A stretch of DNA of 57,439 bases, counting the filler, from Sphacelaria rigidula (taxonomy: Eukaryota), in the NCBI GenBank assembly GCA_964200075.2. It is 8 parts of 8 records of this genome, joined end to end, with 100 filler letters (N's around TTAATTAATTAA, not from the genome) between each part and the next. Parts side by side here need not be neighbours in the genome. Positions count along the whole stretch, not along the records: positions 21,580 to 28,671 come from CAXNAA020016522.1; positions 28,772 to 35,863 come from CAXNAA020016523.1; positions 35,964 to 43,055 come from CAXNAA020016524.1; 5 more parts are not named here. One strand, 5' to 3'. Below, piece by piece: positions 24,768 through 38,005 of this stretch. Position 1 is the first letter of the stretch, and every line of letters starts with the position of its first letter. The notes below the pieces were generated by a model. That model did not search any database and was not told the origin of the DNA. It saw nothing but the letters and a program-made list of their open reading frames with translations. The translations under genes and the position numbers were made by a program.

Positions 24768-26741
24768 TAAACCAGCCCCGAAACTGTTCCGAAGAAAATG
24801 GCCATACAGCGCATGATAGCTGGTTTCAGACTTCATGGAGCTCCTCAAATGGGTGACTGGGCGAAAACGGTGCCGAGCATGGGAGTTCGCAGCTGCTGGG
24901 TTTGCTCGGCGTTTGCGGTTTTGATACATGTAGATTTGGCGTCCTCAAACCGGCCACTTTTTCTGGCGGGGGTGACTATCGCGGCATTACTCACCCGCTA
25001 TCGCCCGGTAACTTTGAGGCATTTTCATGCCCGGTTCTGCTTGAATGCATGACGTCTTTTTGCTGTTGCCCTCTTTTTTTTCGTTCGGGTCGTCGCTCTT
25101 GTCATTGGATGATGACCTGCGTTTTATCTATGGAACAAGGCACCGTATGTCTTGACCACGTGTTGCGTCGCGTCTCGCGTGCGATTCGTGGAGATGAGCT
25201 TTGCCTCCTAACTTGCGGTTCGCTTGCTCTCCCCCGACTATTTGTGCATTGCTCGTAAATATCCACGCAGGGCTTCTGCTCCTTAATAATGCGCACAGCC
25301 AACCCAAGCGCACTGTACAGGAACAGGCATATCTGGATACGAAGCTCCGGAAACGCGTGCGAGAGTCTCGGGCGGAAGCCCATATCTATGCCCGCTTTGA
25401 TCGGGCGGGCATATGCGAAAAAATCCAAGGGTGTGATGGATACGGTAAATAGCTGGGTGTTCATTCTCCCGAATTTTGCGTCGCGATGGTCCGATCTTGA
25501 AAACTTTGCCCATACATCGGGTAGAGTTAGGTACGATCGCAATGCTCCACCCGAATATAGGGTGGAGTAGGGTACGATCGCCAGCGATACTACACCCAAG
25601 TATGTCGGTGTTTTTGAGTACGATTTCAGTGTTATACTCGAGTTTTTTTGGTACTTGGAACACGTTTTTTTTTTACCCCCCCAAAATACCCGGATGTAGG
25701 AAATACCCTACCCAACTTACCCTTGAAAAATATCACCAAGCTCACTATTCAACTTGTAGGGTGTGCTTGATGTAGATGGGCTGTGCAACTTATATTCAGT
25801 GACAGGGTATAAACCCCGTCGTTATGAACACAAGCGTTTGCTCGATCAACTGGTATCTGCGCGTGTTTGGTTTCGCCGCTTGGGTTGGGTGTTGACTCAG
25901 GAGTTTCTTGTCGGTCCGGTACTGCCTCTGCATCATCGTGTAGAGTTTCTGGGTGTGTGCTCTGCGTGTTTTTGTTGTGTTTTTTTCCCCACTACACCAT
26001 CACTTGCCCCGATCTTCCGCGCGTTTCGCTTGCGGATCTTTATTTGTTCATTCGATTCCCGGCGCGTTTCGCTAGCGGGTCCTTTTTTTTTATCGTTGTT
26101 GATTCTTGTATTTGCGCTTGTCGATTTGTCGATTATTGTGTACAGGTCCGGGTAGTGGTTGAATCATGTGTGTTCGTTCACTGATGATGAGAGAGGGGGC
26201 TGCGTGTGTGAAGAACGCTTGGACGGTATGTCGGCCTGTCTCGCCTTCTTTTGGAATTGAAGTGTGGGTGGTGGCGTGGGGGAGCGAGCGCCTTGACGGC
26301 GGGACGAGAAGTGCAGTGTAGTGGCGTTGGTATCACGTTGTTCGTTTGGCTTTTGGAACGCGTGCATGCACTCCTGCGGGTACGGTAGACTGTAGATGAA
26401 GCTCCATGCGTACAGCGACGTTTTGTTTGAGCATCGCTGTGTCGGCTGGGTATTTGGCCTTCCGGTGCCTCTCTGTTTTTCGCTTCGCCGGGATTTTACA
26501 CCCTCCCCGCGCGCCGGACCACAGGCTGTCGGGGTACAAATCGGGGGCCATTTGTATGAGAAATTTTTACAGTGTACTTCATGTATAGCACTTAACTCCC
26601 CCCCCTCACTGATAATCTGTTCGAACAGTGTCTTGTCGCGCCCGCGGATACGCTACGCATTCGTTTTCGGCGTGAAACAATGTTTCCGTGAGATTGAGAG
26701 TAGATGACACGATTGAGAGAGAAGAGCGGTCGATTAGTGCG

Positions 26742-26975
26742 TCAGTTCCGAAATGCCCCTCCACAAGGCCCGCTATGCATCCTGTAGTAGCTTGCCACTG
26801 AGGCCCGAGATATCCCCGAGTAGGATATCGACGTGTAGCTGTAAGCACACACGCCAGTGATGAATGAAGGCAAAGAGGAGCACACAGGGGACAAAAAATG
26901 GCTAAGTAACAGCGAATGACCAAAGCCACTCTCAATCAGCGCTCTACTCTCGAACTCACGAAAACGTTGTTGTGA
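26742..26975. repeat. Dispersed repeat shared with 46144-46380 and, inverted, 91-110
   Basis: tcagttccgaaatgcccctcc..gtagtagcttgccactga..gatatcgacgtgtagctgtaagcacac..cacgaaaacgttgttgt present in both long copies. Confidence 0.75.
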
Positions 26976-28671
26976 GCAAGAGTCGCTTGCCTGTAGCGAT
27001 TCTTTTTGATCAATTTTTCTTCTCCAACGATACTGGGTATGTGGTGTCACACGCAGTATTCATGCCTTGGCGCGGTTTTATCATTATCCACCAGATGTAT
27101 TCTATTATGGTTGTATCACGGTTATCCCAACCGTCCAAGAAATCACTCTTATACAACGTTTTCATGTACCGATGTTTTTTCCCCTTCTGAAGATGTGATC
27201 CGTGACCTCATCCGTGAGGAAGCGATATTCTCGTCGCTTGCGGATAACAGTAGTTTCGTGAGATTCAAGGTCTACGATGCGATTAACAGTACACTTCTCA
27301 TTCGATTCAGCGGCCGGTTATGCCTGCATCATCAATGGACAAAACTCTTACCTCGGACATCGGTGCAAAGTCCTGCCGGCAAACCTAACAATGTTTCCGT
27401 GAAATTGAACGTTGAAAGTACGATTGAAAGTGAAGTCTTATTCATAACATGACTCGCTTCGCCGGTTCCGATAATGAGACGAAGAATCTACATATGTAGC
27501 ATGTTGAACATTCCTGCCCCCCGTTGCCTGAATGGAATGGCAGAATAATGTTGAAAAATGTTGCGCGCTGACCCACAGGTGGCATTTGTGGGAAAATGCA
27601 CCGTTCAAGATGTCTCCGAAGTAGTGGGAGTCGTGCGGTTCGAATAAAAGATACGATTTAGCCAGGTTGTGCCCGAATTCATTCGCAAGTGCAGTTGATG
27701 CCACCATTCGTCATGTGGACTTGGGACTCGTGGATATCTTGAAATCATTTTTCTGTTCGAACATTTCGCCGCAGTTTCCGTCGTTGTTTTTGAAAGCGCA
27801 AGTCATCGCGTCTGATATGATTGCTGATATCCCGCCTTTTCGTGCCGAGAAAAGTCGCAAAACGTGGTGGGACCCCGGATTCTGTTCCATGATCTCACCC
27901 TCGACGGCAGTGAATAATAACAAATTCTGTTGCACGAAGCCAATGGAGCACCTCCCGTCTATGAGCTGCAGCAAATCGATCTTGCCAGGGACTCTCGCCA
28001 ACCGCATCGGATTTCCGAAAATGCACTCGAAACATGTGCCGACGGACCTATCAAGATTAGCTCATAACCCAACAACACGGGAAAACAAATACTACCGCAT
28101 CAGCAAATTAGCTGCAAAACACCGGGAGCACTTGGAATTGGCCAACCAAAAAAAACATTCTGCTGTGCTTGACAGCAATCAACGGTGCACCGGGCGCTGG
28201 ATCTCGGTATACTCCAAGACCACCGCTCCTGCTCCACTTCTACCCCATCCGTGCTCTCCCCCTTGAGGGACAGTACTTGGCCTACACAAATCGCTGACTC
28301 TGCGCAATTTGATGTCACGCTGAGCGTCGACACTTGGAAGAGATGCGTCTTGCACGTCTTCTGCATGATCCTGCGGAAATGATTGATCGGGGGTAGCGTC
28401 GAAGGGTACGGGTGATAGCAAGAGTTAATGGGGCAGGTTACAGTCGATAGATCGGGCGCTTCAGTACAGCTGGGCGAATTTCAACAACTTCAAATTAGAA
28501 ACTGGCGCAAACAGGACGTCCTTCTGTCCCGTGTGGGGATGATGCTTCCAAACGTATCAATTTACTTGGCACCACGCGAGGACGATACCGACACATTCAA
28601 CACTAGGCGGGTACTCACGATCGAAAAGACTTGGACTCATCATGCCGAGCAGCTGGGCACTCTCGACTCCG

Positions 28672-28771
28672 NNNNNNNNNNNNNNNNNNNNNNNNNNNNN
28701 NNNNNNNNNNNNNNNTTAATTAATTAANNNNNNNNNNNNNNNNNNNNNNNNNNNNNNNNNNNNNNNNNNNN
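28672..28771. other. Artificial contig spacer
   Basis: Same linker. Confidence 0.98.
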
Positions 28772-28829
28772 AAATTTCGAGCACCGACTGGCCCAACCCC
28801 CCCCCCCCCCTATCGTACGATGACTCTCA

Positions 28830-31800
28830 ACATGAGGGTTGTTCAGGGGTACAAGAGCCCGCACAGATCCCCCGTAAGATAGATGTCCATCCCGAGAACA
28901 AGCAAACAGAGCAAAATGAACTAGAACGCGCGATACGCAAATCCACGAAGGCTCTCGAAATTGCGGAGCAAGAATATAAGCCGTGACAGAAGACACTTGG
29001 AAGCTTCGCGTCATTTTGGATTATGTTGGCAAGTCTGGCAATCACAACGGCGTTCGTACGGTCGCCTGCTCCGCCCCCAACGCGACAACTGATTCACCGC
29101 CTGACCCACCTGACCTGGCACACTTTCAACCACATGCACCGACCCATTCACAAAACGGTAGACGTTTCACATGAGTGGACCAAGTGCCGCGGCTAAACCC
29201 CGCCAGGGCGGTGCCCAGACAGCACTGATGCTCACCTCACAACTTGACAACCTTTTGGGAACGTTCTACAGGTTGCGGAGATTCCAAATAGCATACAATC
29301 GGGTAACCCAGGACGCGTTGCTTAGCCCAAATCCTAAGCCCCGCCACCTGCCCGTTTATTTTCTATTTCTGTAATTCATTCCTCATTGGTTGGTACGATC
29401 CCACATTAAATGAAAAATGACCGGTACTTCACCGCAGAAGTATCCATAATTTTATGTCAACATTTTTTTTCGCTCGGCCAGGTCACAAACATCACACACG
29501 TGAATCAACGGCGGCCACCGCGGGTTCAACCATGTGGTGTGGGTTCCCTGAATATGGTAACACTGCCTTGAAGTGTTCCAAGTCAGTCGAAGCCCGTGCA
29601 CCGTTGCATGGCTATCAATTGAGCAGTGACCAAACTCAACGTTATAATCCTAGGTTTGATCACCCAGTTTTACATGCAATCGGTACTAATCATATTCAAT
29701 CGAATCCCTTCTCTTCGGGGGAGAAGAAGTCATGTAGTGCAGTTTCTACCGCATCAGGAGCGGAAATATCTTGTGGCACAATAGTGGCTGTCTCTTCGCC
29801 TGTTCAGTGGAGGACACCAAATTCGAAGCCACACACTCAAGCACCCCCCAACTGCTCAAGTGCCCGGCTAACCACCCTACCGAGTTCAGCAAAAACTACG
29901 GTACCCGGTTCCCTTTTATTTGATGAGCGTAATTATTCCTTGAAGGGTCGCAACCGCAAAGAACCCATGCTTTCCGTCGCTCAGCGGGTTGGAATGGAAC
30001 CCCAAGTGACAGCAACTCAGGTGGTGCGCCAAGAGCGTGACCCAGGTTCGACTGTCCGAGAACTCATTTCAATAGCTCCTGGAGCCGCCGAAAGTTTCGT
30101 GCGCTACACGCGTCACCAGAGATGGGCTCCTCCAGATGATCATGTAGATAACCCTGGTGTAGCAAGCGCACGTGAACTCCAAGGAGATTTCGTGTGGGCT
30201 CAGACAGATGAAAAACTTGGAGTGGAACAGGCCGGTACTCCCCAGATTCCGAACAGATCGTTACTGCTCCCTGACCACCCCGCGTGCACGACGTTAGAAC
30301 CCATTTCCGATTAAGCGTTGGCGTCTGTAGGGACAGAGACTTCGCCGACTCATGGACGTTCGCTTCCTAGTCATGAAGGCACCTCAATCGTGTGTTCGTC
30401 ACCAGGCAAACAAAGTGTTACGCAAGACGAATCGCCTCCTAACTCGCCCACGTTGGCCCCTTTAACAGACGCCGGGTTGACCAGTACAGCTTTACCAACC
30501 CCGCGTCTTGACAAATCGTCTCCGAAACCTCCCATGTTGGCCCTAACCAGTGATGGTATTGAGTTGATTGGCGTATCAAACTCAACACCGCGCCCCGATG
30601 AATCGTCCCCTGTTCCGACCAAGCTGGATAATGTAATTGATCCCGCTTTGCACAATGATGATTCGCCCCCTCTGTTGGCCAATAAGGGTGAAACACCACG
30701 CACAGATCAGTTGTCGGGTCCAACCACGACAACCGCCCTTCCCCGGCATCGCCCCTCCGTTGCAGTATATGAGATTCAACCCTCGACTGATGAGTCAAAT
30801 ATTCCAGGCACAAACACTGACACTCCATGCCCGCACCATCCTTCCGACCAAAAGCTTGTCCCACAGGATCATCAACGGGTGGTTTTTAGCACCTTTGTTC
30901 AAAACGCGAAGCAGGATGTGTCAGATGTCATACCCGAATTCGGGCCCGATCTCGTCAGTGGTACTGCAACTGTGGATGATGCTTCTTTTACGACCAAGAT
31001 AGGTTTACATAGTGGAGCGCGTGCAAACTGTCATTTGATAGCTCTTACACTACCAGACTCTGCTTCACATCAAACGTTCATCACCGCCAGCTGCTGGGAA
31101 CAGATGATCAACGCGGGCGCGGCGGACAAGCATTGTCTGTCCACCGTGCACCCTCGTGTTTTTGGTGGGTTTGGCTCCTCCACATCTCTTAAGGTCAATC
31201 AATCGGTGAGACTAAGTGTACAATTCTACCAGGATACTACTCCCACTGCTCGGTTGTCCGTATGGGCACTAATTGTGCCCGACGGTTCCATGTCTTTTGA
31301 TATTTTGTTGGGTAGAGATAGTTGGCTTCATTTTTCCACACATAAGTATACGACGGACACACCTGTCCCAAACCGTCCAGTAACAGGCAAACTGTCTCTG
31401 GGTCACTTCGGAACTTATTCGGGAGCTCATGCCTGTAACGATGACCCCATGCAAACAAGTAATGCTCTCCGTCTGCACTATGTTGGTGAATCGATAATAT
31501 CGCTTTCTTGTAAACCCCAACTAGTTCAAGTGAACCTCGTGAGACGCAATGGATCGCCCGCCCTCACAGGACATGATTTGGTCAAGTTGCTCAAACCTGA
31601 CCAAGCACAGGTTGGTCCGTTTGAACAGATCAAAGTCTTCGTCCACGAAGGTAGGCAGGCCATTCACCTCACGTCTCGTGCATGTCTCGATATAATCAAC
31701 GGTCAGTTGTTGGGTTATGCTCAAGCGCCTCTCATGCGAACCGCTCTGTCAGATGTGTGCCCCCCGGCAAACAACAACTCGCCGACCGACCCCCCGAAAT

Positions 31801-34800
31801 CCACGGGCCGCCCTTCGCTACACATGTCTGACCCCATGGTGACAAATCCACCGGATGCGCCTGACCCTCAACCCCCAACTGCATTACTGGATAGATTTTC
31901 TCCAGAACAACGCGCCAGTTTTCAAAAGTTGTGGGATGACATTCCCCCTCACTTACGGTATATTGTTTTTGATCTATCTGGCGATGGTTGGACACCCACT
32001 GTAATCGATAGATTGAGATCCATCTTGATTAGATACTTTAAACGGTTTTCTACTGCACCCTTGGATTTAGGTCGATGTACCACGACACCGTTTAATATCA
32101 AGATTCCTGATGGCACTCCGCCTATCGCTATGCGTCCGTACCGTACGAACCCCCTCCTAGCGAAAAGATCCAGTTAATTCCCAATGGTTACTTTTCTGCT
32201 GGTTTGATTCGGCACTCGACGTCTCCGTGGGTCTCGCCTTTAGTAGTCGTCCGTAAGAAGAATGGCAAAATCAGACTGACGGTCAATTATCAACGATTGA
32301 ACGCTGTCACCCCAATCGCCCGGCTGCCACTTCCATGGATTGATGAAATTATTGACTTTCTTGGCGGGTGTAGAGTATTTTCGAACTTTGACATGCAGTC
32401 CGGCTACCACCAGCTCGTGACGGATCCGAGTTCCATTGAACTGACAGCGTTTTGCACGCCATCAGGTTTGTGCGAGTGGTTGGTTACACCACAAGGTGCC
32501 GCCGGCGCTCCAGGTGCGTTTCAACGTGTGATGTTCCGTGTAACTGATGGATTGTCCAAATGCCATGTGTACCTTGATGATGCGGTGTGCCCCGACTCCA
32601 TACCGGCCGAACACGTCGAACAGTTGGCATCATTCTTCAATCGGTTTGAACAACACAACTTGAAACTCGCACCCTCCAAATCCCGCATTGGCGCCACGAA
32701 GATTGAGTTCTTGGGTCATTGCATCACCCCCGAAGGTCGTAGCCCAAACCTCGACAAGTTCGCCGCACTTTCCGATATGCCCACGCCACGGGCTATTTTT
32801 AAACTGCGTTCCTTGTTGGGAGGTCTAAGCTACTACAGACCATACTTGCCAAACCTTGCCCAAAAGCGAAAACCCCTCACCACCCTCCTAAAAAAAGGGG
32901 TGAAATTTGTGTTCACATTGGAAATGGAAAAAAACGTCCGCCGCCTTCTCGACACCCTTTCGCGCCCGCCGGTTCTCGTCTTCCCCGACTGGTCGGCCGC
33001 GGAGCAGGGTTCCCGCCCTTTCCGGCTCCACGCAAATTCTTCCAAAATTGGGTTTGGCTGCACATTAGAATAAGAGCAAGTCGATGCTACTGTTCGTCCC
33101 ATTGTCTGTCTGAGTCGCATCACTTTTCCGAATGAACCGCATTGATCTGTCATGGAACAAGAGGCCGGCGCCGTTGTTTGGGGCGTGCGACGTCTGCGTC
33201 AGTATTTGTATGACATCCCGTTTTTGATTTATACCGATCACAAGTCTTTGGAAAGCCTTGCCAAAATGGCGGAACAGAACGCTAGGGTCAAGCGCTGGTT
33301 CGAAATCCTGTCGTCTTACAACTTTCAACTGAAGTACCGCACAGGTCCCCAGAATGCAAACACCGACTTCCTGTCACGCTTGCCCACACCAGCTCAACCT
33401 ATCGATGAATCCGCCATGGGACGTATCACCGATCCCACTGGAGACATTGTATATTTCATAAGCAGGAATGGACATAGAGGTCTCTACACACCACTTTCCC
33501 TGAGAGAAACGCTGGCTTTAGGCATGGGTGGGCTGACGACCACAGCCCACGCGTTAGTTCTAGGCAGCTTGCAACCTCAATCGTTGTACTCAGTTTGGAA
33601 TGGACTGTCTACAAATACTGTTGGCTATGATTTATTTCGTGCAACTGGCCAGCGCATGGTTTTCGCAGCAGGTGTAGAACCGCCCTTTGCTGACTCCGTC
33701 TTACCAGTTCAAGTTCGAGATTTGATTTCGAGTAGGACTCGTGGACGGCGGACCGCCGAAACGGCCACCAAACTAGCCGTATCCGGTGCTGACCTTCCCC
33801 CCCCTGCCCCCACCCCGGTCCCCGACAGTTTCCTTTCGCCCCCGCAGCCTCCGCCACGCAAGGCCCCCAGGAAATCGATCCCGACCGTGCCGCCCCTGCC
33901 AACCATAGCCGAGACCACGGCTGTGTCCCCCTCCACTGGTGGTGATATTGCAAACACCACCACAACACCCTCCACGCTAATCGACGCAGGAGTGGACGTT
34001 AACGTTCCGTCTGAAAGTGCACCAACTGGTAGGCTCACCCTTGATTCCGGAATCACCGCTTCGTGCCAACCCCGCCCCGAATCGACTCCACACGAAGTAG
34101 ACGCTTCAACAGATGGTGTATTCAAGGAACGTTTGACTCTCTTCTCCCACGCCGATTGGGCTCGGGAACAACAGGCAGGACCTGCTTGTAAATCAGCTAT
34201 CCATTATCTATCTATCTAAAGGTTGTCCGTGTCAATTCTCAGAAACGTAATTGCTTTTGCCAGTCGGGAATCTCAAAGCGCCCACACAAGATGAAGTTAC
34301 TGAACTTTCAAGGAAAGGTATGCTGCATAAGGATGATGATGGTATAGTTCTGTTACTTCGCCGGCCCACAGCAGCCCTCCCCAGGGGGAAGCCTACAAGT
34401 CGACATGCCCGCTTGCTAGGTGATGAACCCGTCCGCATCTATGTCCTTATGCTACTGCGCCCATGGGTTCTACACGAATGTCATTCACAGGCATCGACTC
34501 ATTTAGGCGTCATTAGGACCTCCCAGATGTTCGAACGTTGTTATTGGTGGATTTGTATGGATCAGTATTGTCGATGGTGGGTGAGGCGTTGTCTTTTGTC
34601 TCAGGCGCGAAAACCTTCTCGTCAAACAGTTCGTTGACCGATTGTTTCCATGCCACTCCCAAACGGACCTGGTGAAGTAGTGTCGTGGGACAATTTTGGT
34701 CCTTTACTCCTGACGGATAGTGGAAATAAGTATATTTTGTTATTTACGGATAGATTCAGTCGACATGCGGTGATGCACACCGTCCTCCCCAGTAGTTATA

Positions 34801-35863
34801 CCGCGGAAGGTACCGCCAGCATTCTTGTCTACATGTACATCCCACTGTGGGGTGTGCCCAAACGCTTATTATCTGACAACGGCCCGCATTTTTCAGGCAA
34901 ACTTTCTGCCGCCGTCAGTGACCTTTTGAGTGCCCATCGCATTTTTACTAGTACATATCACCCTTCCACCAATGGTGGATCGGAACGAGTGAACCATACG
35001 ATGGCGCGGATGCTTGCTGCTGTAGCGAATGAGAGACAGATGGACTGGGATCTGCACCTGCCCCTTGTCCAGATAAACTACAACAATTCAGTCAACGCCG
35101 CTACGGAATTGTCGCCGAATGAAATCCATATTGGACGCATACCTCGGTTACCTTTAACGGTATTCGAACGCAAAAACACAGGTGGACATCAGAGTCTGGA
35201 TCGTGACGTTGCAGAGAATCATTTGTCGGTTAGCAATCGTCTCCGTCTTGCATATGAAGTGGTACGAGAACAGAACCAAATCAATTTGGCCAAGGTGGCC
35301 AGGGCGAAATCAATGTTGGATGATGTGGTGCATAACCGCCCGGTGTGGAAGGTAGGCCAATGGGCATGGGTGTATAACGATGTGAAGACCGTCAATCAAG
35401 GAGCTAACTCGAAATCATCATCTTTGGATAGAGTGTTGAAGGCGAAGCTATCCTTGAATTGGACTGGTCCTTGGGAAAGTTTAGCTGTTGGTCCAAGCGC
35501 TACCACACCCGACAAGAGTTCGGTGGAAGCGAAAGTTTTGTATTTAGATTTTCCCACGGATGAAGCTGGTTTGAAACCGAAAAATCGCGTCTCGATGCTA
35601 CGATGCAAACCGTGCATCCCCCCTCATGACTCTTCTGACATGCCCAAACAACTGCCGGTGGGGCTTAACCAGTATATGTTTACCAAGTATGCGATCAAAT
35701 CTCCGCCGTATCATATGACCCTCGAGGATGCGGACTCACCCCTGGAACGCGTTGAGGTAAATAAGATTTCGGGTCATCAACTGGTTCGTGGTCGTGGAGG
35801 TAAGATAGCGGTAGTGTATCAGACACATTGGAAGGGTATTATGCGTGTTACATGGGAGCGTGA
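28830..35863 (+). mobile_element. Decayed Ty3/Gypsy LTR retrotransposon internal region (gag remnant, PR-RT-RH-IN-chromodomain); LTRs not seen in the contig
   Basis: Protease (LPDSASHQTFI..FDILLGRD). RT (PYRTNP..SPWVSPLVVVRKK..DMQSGYHQL..TPQG..YLDD). RNase H (EQEAGAVVWGV..YTDHKSL..NANTDFLSR). Integrase (HECH..HLG, DNFGPL, SDNGPHF, NGGSERVNHT). Domain order is Gypsy-type. Confidence 0.93.
30318..35863 (+). pseudogene. pol: Gypsy pol polyprotein pseudogene
   Basis: Frameshift near 32165-32200; stops at 33071, 34217, 34248 and 34635. Confidence 0.88.
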
Positions 35864-35963
35864 NNNNNNNNNNNNNNNNNNNNNNNNNNNNNNNNNNNNN
35901 NNNNNNNTTAATTAATTAANNNNNNNNNNNNNNNNNNNNNNNNNNNNNNNNNNNNNNNNNNNN
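35864..35963. other. Artificial contig spacer
   Basis: Same linker. Confidence 0.98.
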
Positions 35964-35982
35964 TAATAATAATAATAATAAC

Positions 35983-36023
<41 letters not shown>
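35964..36023. repeat. (TAA)n microsatellite
   Basis: Directly visible at the contig start. Confidence 0.95.
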
Positions 36024-36025
<2 letters not shown>

Positions 36026-37261
36026 GATATAATGAAAAATTCCCTTTGCAACCTCTCCTTGTGTTGTGTCGCAGTGCAGCATGATGACGACATGTAGAGA
36101 TGCACGTTGGATGAACGTCGCTGTCTGGTCAAACGCGGGCAAACTACGTGATCATATACGAATCACTTACTGTATGAACCACATACTGTATATATTTGGA
36201 ATATCGTAAGATTCGATGCCGGTTGGTAATCCCGAAGTCGGGTTACGTCGCACGCACAGCATGTATATTGCACAACATACTACACATCATTCGGTAGCCG
36301 CACAGAATTACTCGTCGTACACCGCCCCCTCCAGCATGGCGGCCGTACCACTGCAGCAGCTTGGCGGAAGTACCAAGTCGGTGACCCCCGGTCTCGCCGA
36401 AGCTAGCGCGACTCAATACCACTTTTCCAGCGATCACCGCGACTCAAAAGTCATTATCCAGCCGGCAAATTTGATCCCCCTACGGCCGCTGCTCACGTCG
36501 GGTCGGGCCTTAGGTGATGCGATTGATCGTTTGATTCCGTATATCTGTGGAGAAACGGGATGAAAAAGGTTTTTGCACAGCTGATGTGGTCGTTTCCTCA
36601 CTCTCGACCCCTCGGGGGGGAAGGGGGGGGGGGAGCCCTGGTGCCGTGCCATTCCGATGTGGGGCCCCTTGCACCAACCGCAACGGAAATGTACAGAACA
36701 GTACAGTACCGTTTATGCTAGGTATTCAGAGCACCTCAATTACCGCGGGAGCGTATCGGGTTTCGAACTGTGGTAACCGCCGTTATTACTCTACAGGAAT
36801 GCCGCCGAGCCCCGGTCATCTTCTGGCATTAGGGCGGAAAAACAGCGCGTTCGATTTCCCGCCTGAGCGTGTGGGTGTTTCCTTCAAAATTTTTGATTTC
36901 CGTAGCGGAAGACGCGAGAGTTTGAACAGCAAAAAAAAAAATGCTGACTTTGTTTGACGAGAGTCGACGCGGTGCGAAAGTTCTGATCAAGTCCGCGAGA
37001 CCAGAACGCGAGGCGTGTAAAATACAGGGGCATAGATAGGTTGGCTCCCTGAGACCAAGGACTCGTCCCGAGGAAGACGAAGGGTGGTAAGTGTGACGAG
37101 AGACAAAGAGAGAAAAAGTGGTGGGAGCCGAGTGCTGTAGACTGCAGGTGAACAAGAGCCCGCCTCGTGCTCAATCATAATTTCAATCGATTTGAGGCGA
37201 GTCCCGCCTTTGGGGTTTTCAAGTCCCCCCTACATTCTTCCCAACCCAACAGTACGGCACT

Positions 37262-37331
37262 CCCCCCCCCCCCCCCCCCCCCCCACCACCACCGCCCCCC
37301 CCCCCCCCACCACCCCCCCCCCCCCTCCCCC
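37262..37331. repeat. Poly-C / C-rich tract
   Basis: About 70 nt, almost all C. Confidence 0.9.
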
Positions 37332-37736
37332 ACTTCCACGATTTCGCCACTCCACGAAGATCTACCCCCCTTAACCCTTAGACGGCGAGAGTAGGTCATC
37401 TGTTAAACCGGTATCAATTTCTCTCGAGAAAAGTGTGCATGATCCAGATGGGCTACCCTCGCGGTCTGAGGGTTCAGAGTGGGCCCACAACAGCAAAAAA
37501 TCCAATTCGCCTTGGTGTTGGACAGGGTCGTTCCAAGGCGGGCGATGATGCGCGAGCGGAGAACCCGCTTGGAGAGGGGTAGCTCGTGTTGAGCCAAAAA
37601 CACCCGCCTCACGTCTAGTCTCACCTTGGACACTCCCGCATTAGAACGCGGCCAACACATTTTGCCCATGAAAATAGAGAACACTGTACGAGTACAGTAG
37701 GAGCTGGGCAAGCCTAGACGCGGATTTGTAGTTTGC

Positions 37737-38005
37737 AGGCGAATTCGCAATTTTTTACTTAGAGTTGGACAGTGAAATTTGGTATGGATAATCAACAAGG
37801 CATGAAAAAAAGCTGTGTGCGGGGTCTGCATTTTTTTTTTTGGTGATTTAAGGGCATTTTACGAAGACCTTCAAACTGATTACTGCCCTAAATTCATGGG
37901 GAAAACAAAATTGGGACCCCACGCACAGCTTTTTTTCATGCCCTCTTGATTGTCCATACCAGATTTCACTGTCCAACTTTATGTAAAACAAATGCGGATT
38001 TGCCT
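37737..38005. repeat. Inverted repeat with ~90-bp arms
   Basis: agttggacagtgaaatttggtatgga..ggcatgaaaaaagctgtg pairs with cacagctttttttcatgcc..tccataccagatttcactgtccaact. Confidence 0.8.

Noticed and set aside
27667..28671. 199-aa ORF and neighbours as a gene
   Set aside because: No recognisable motifs or splice structure; probably repeat interior
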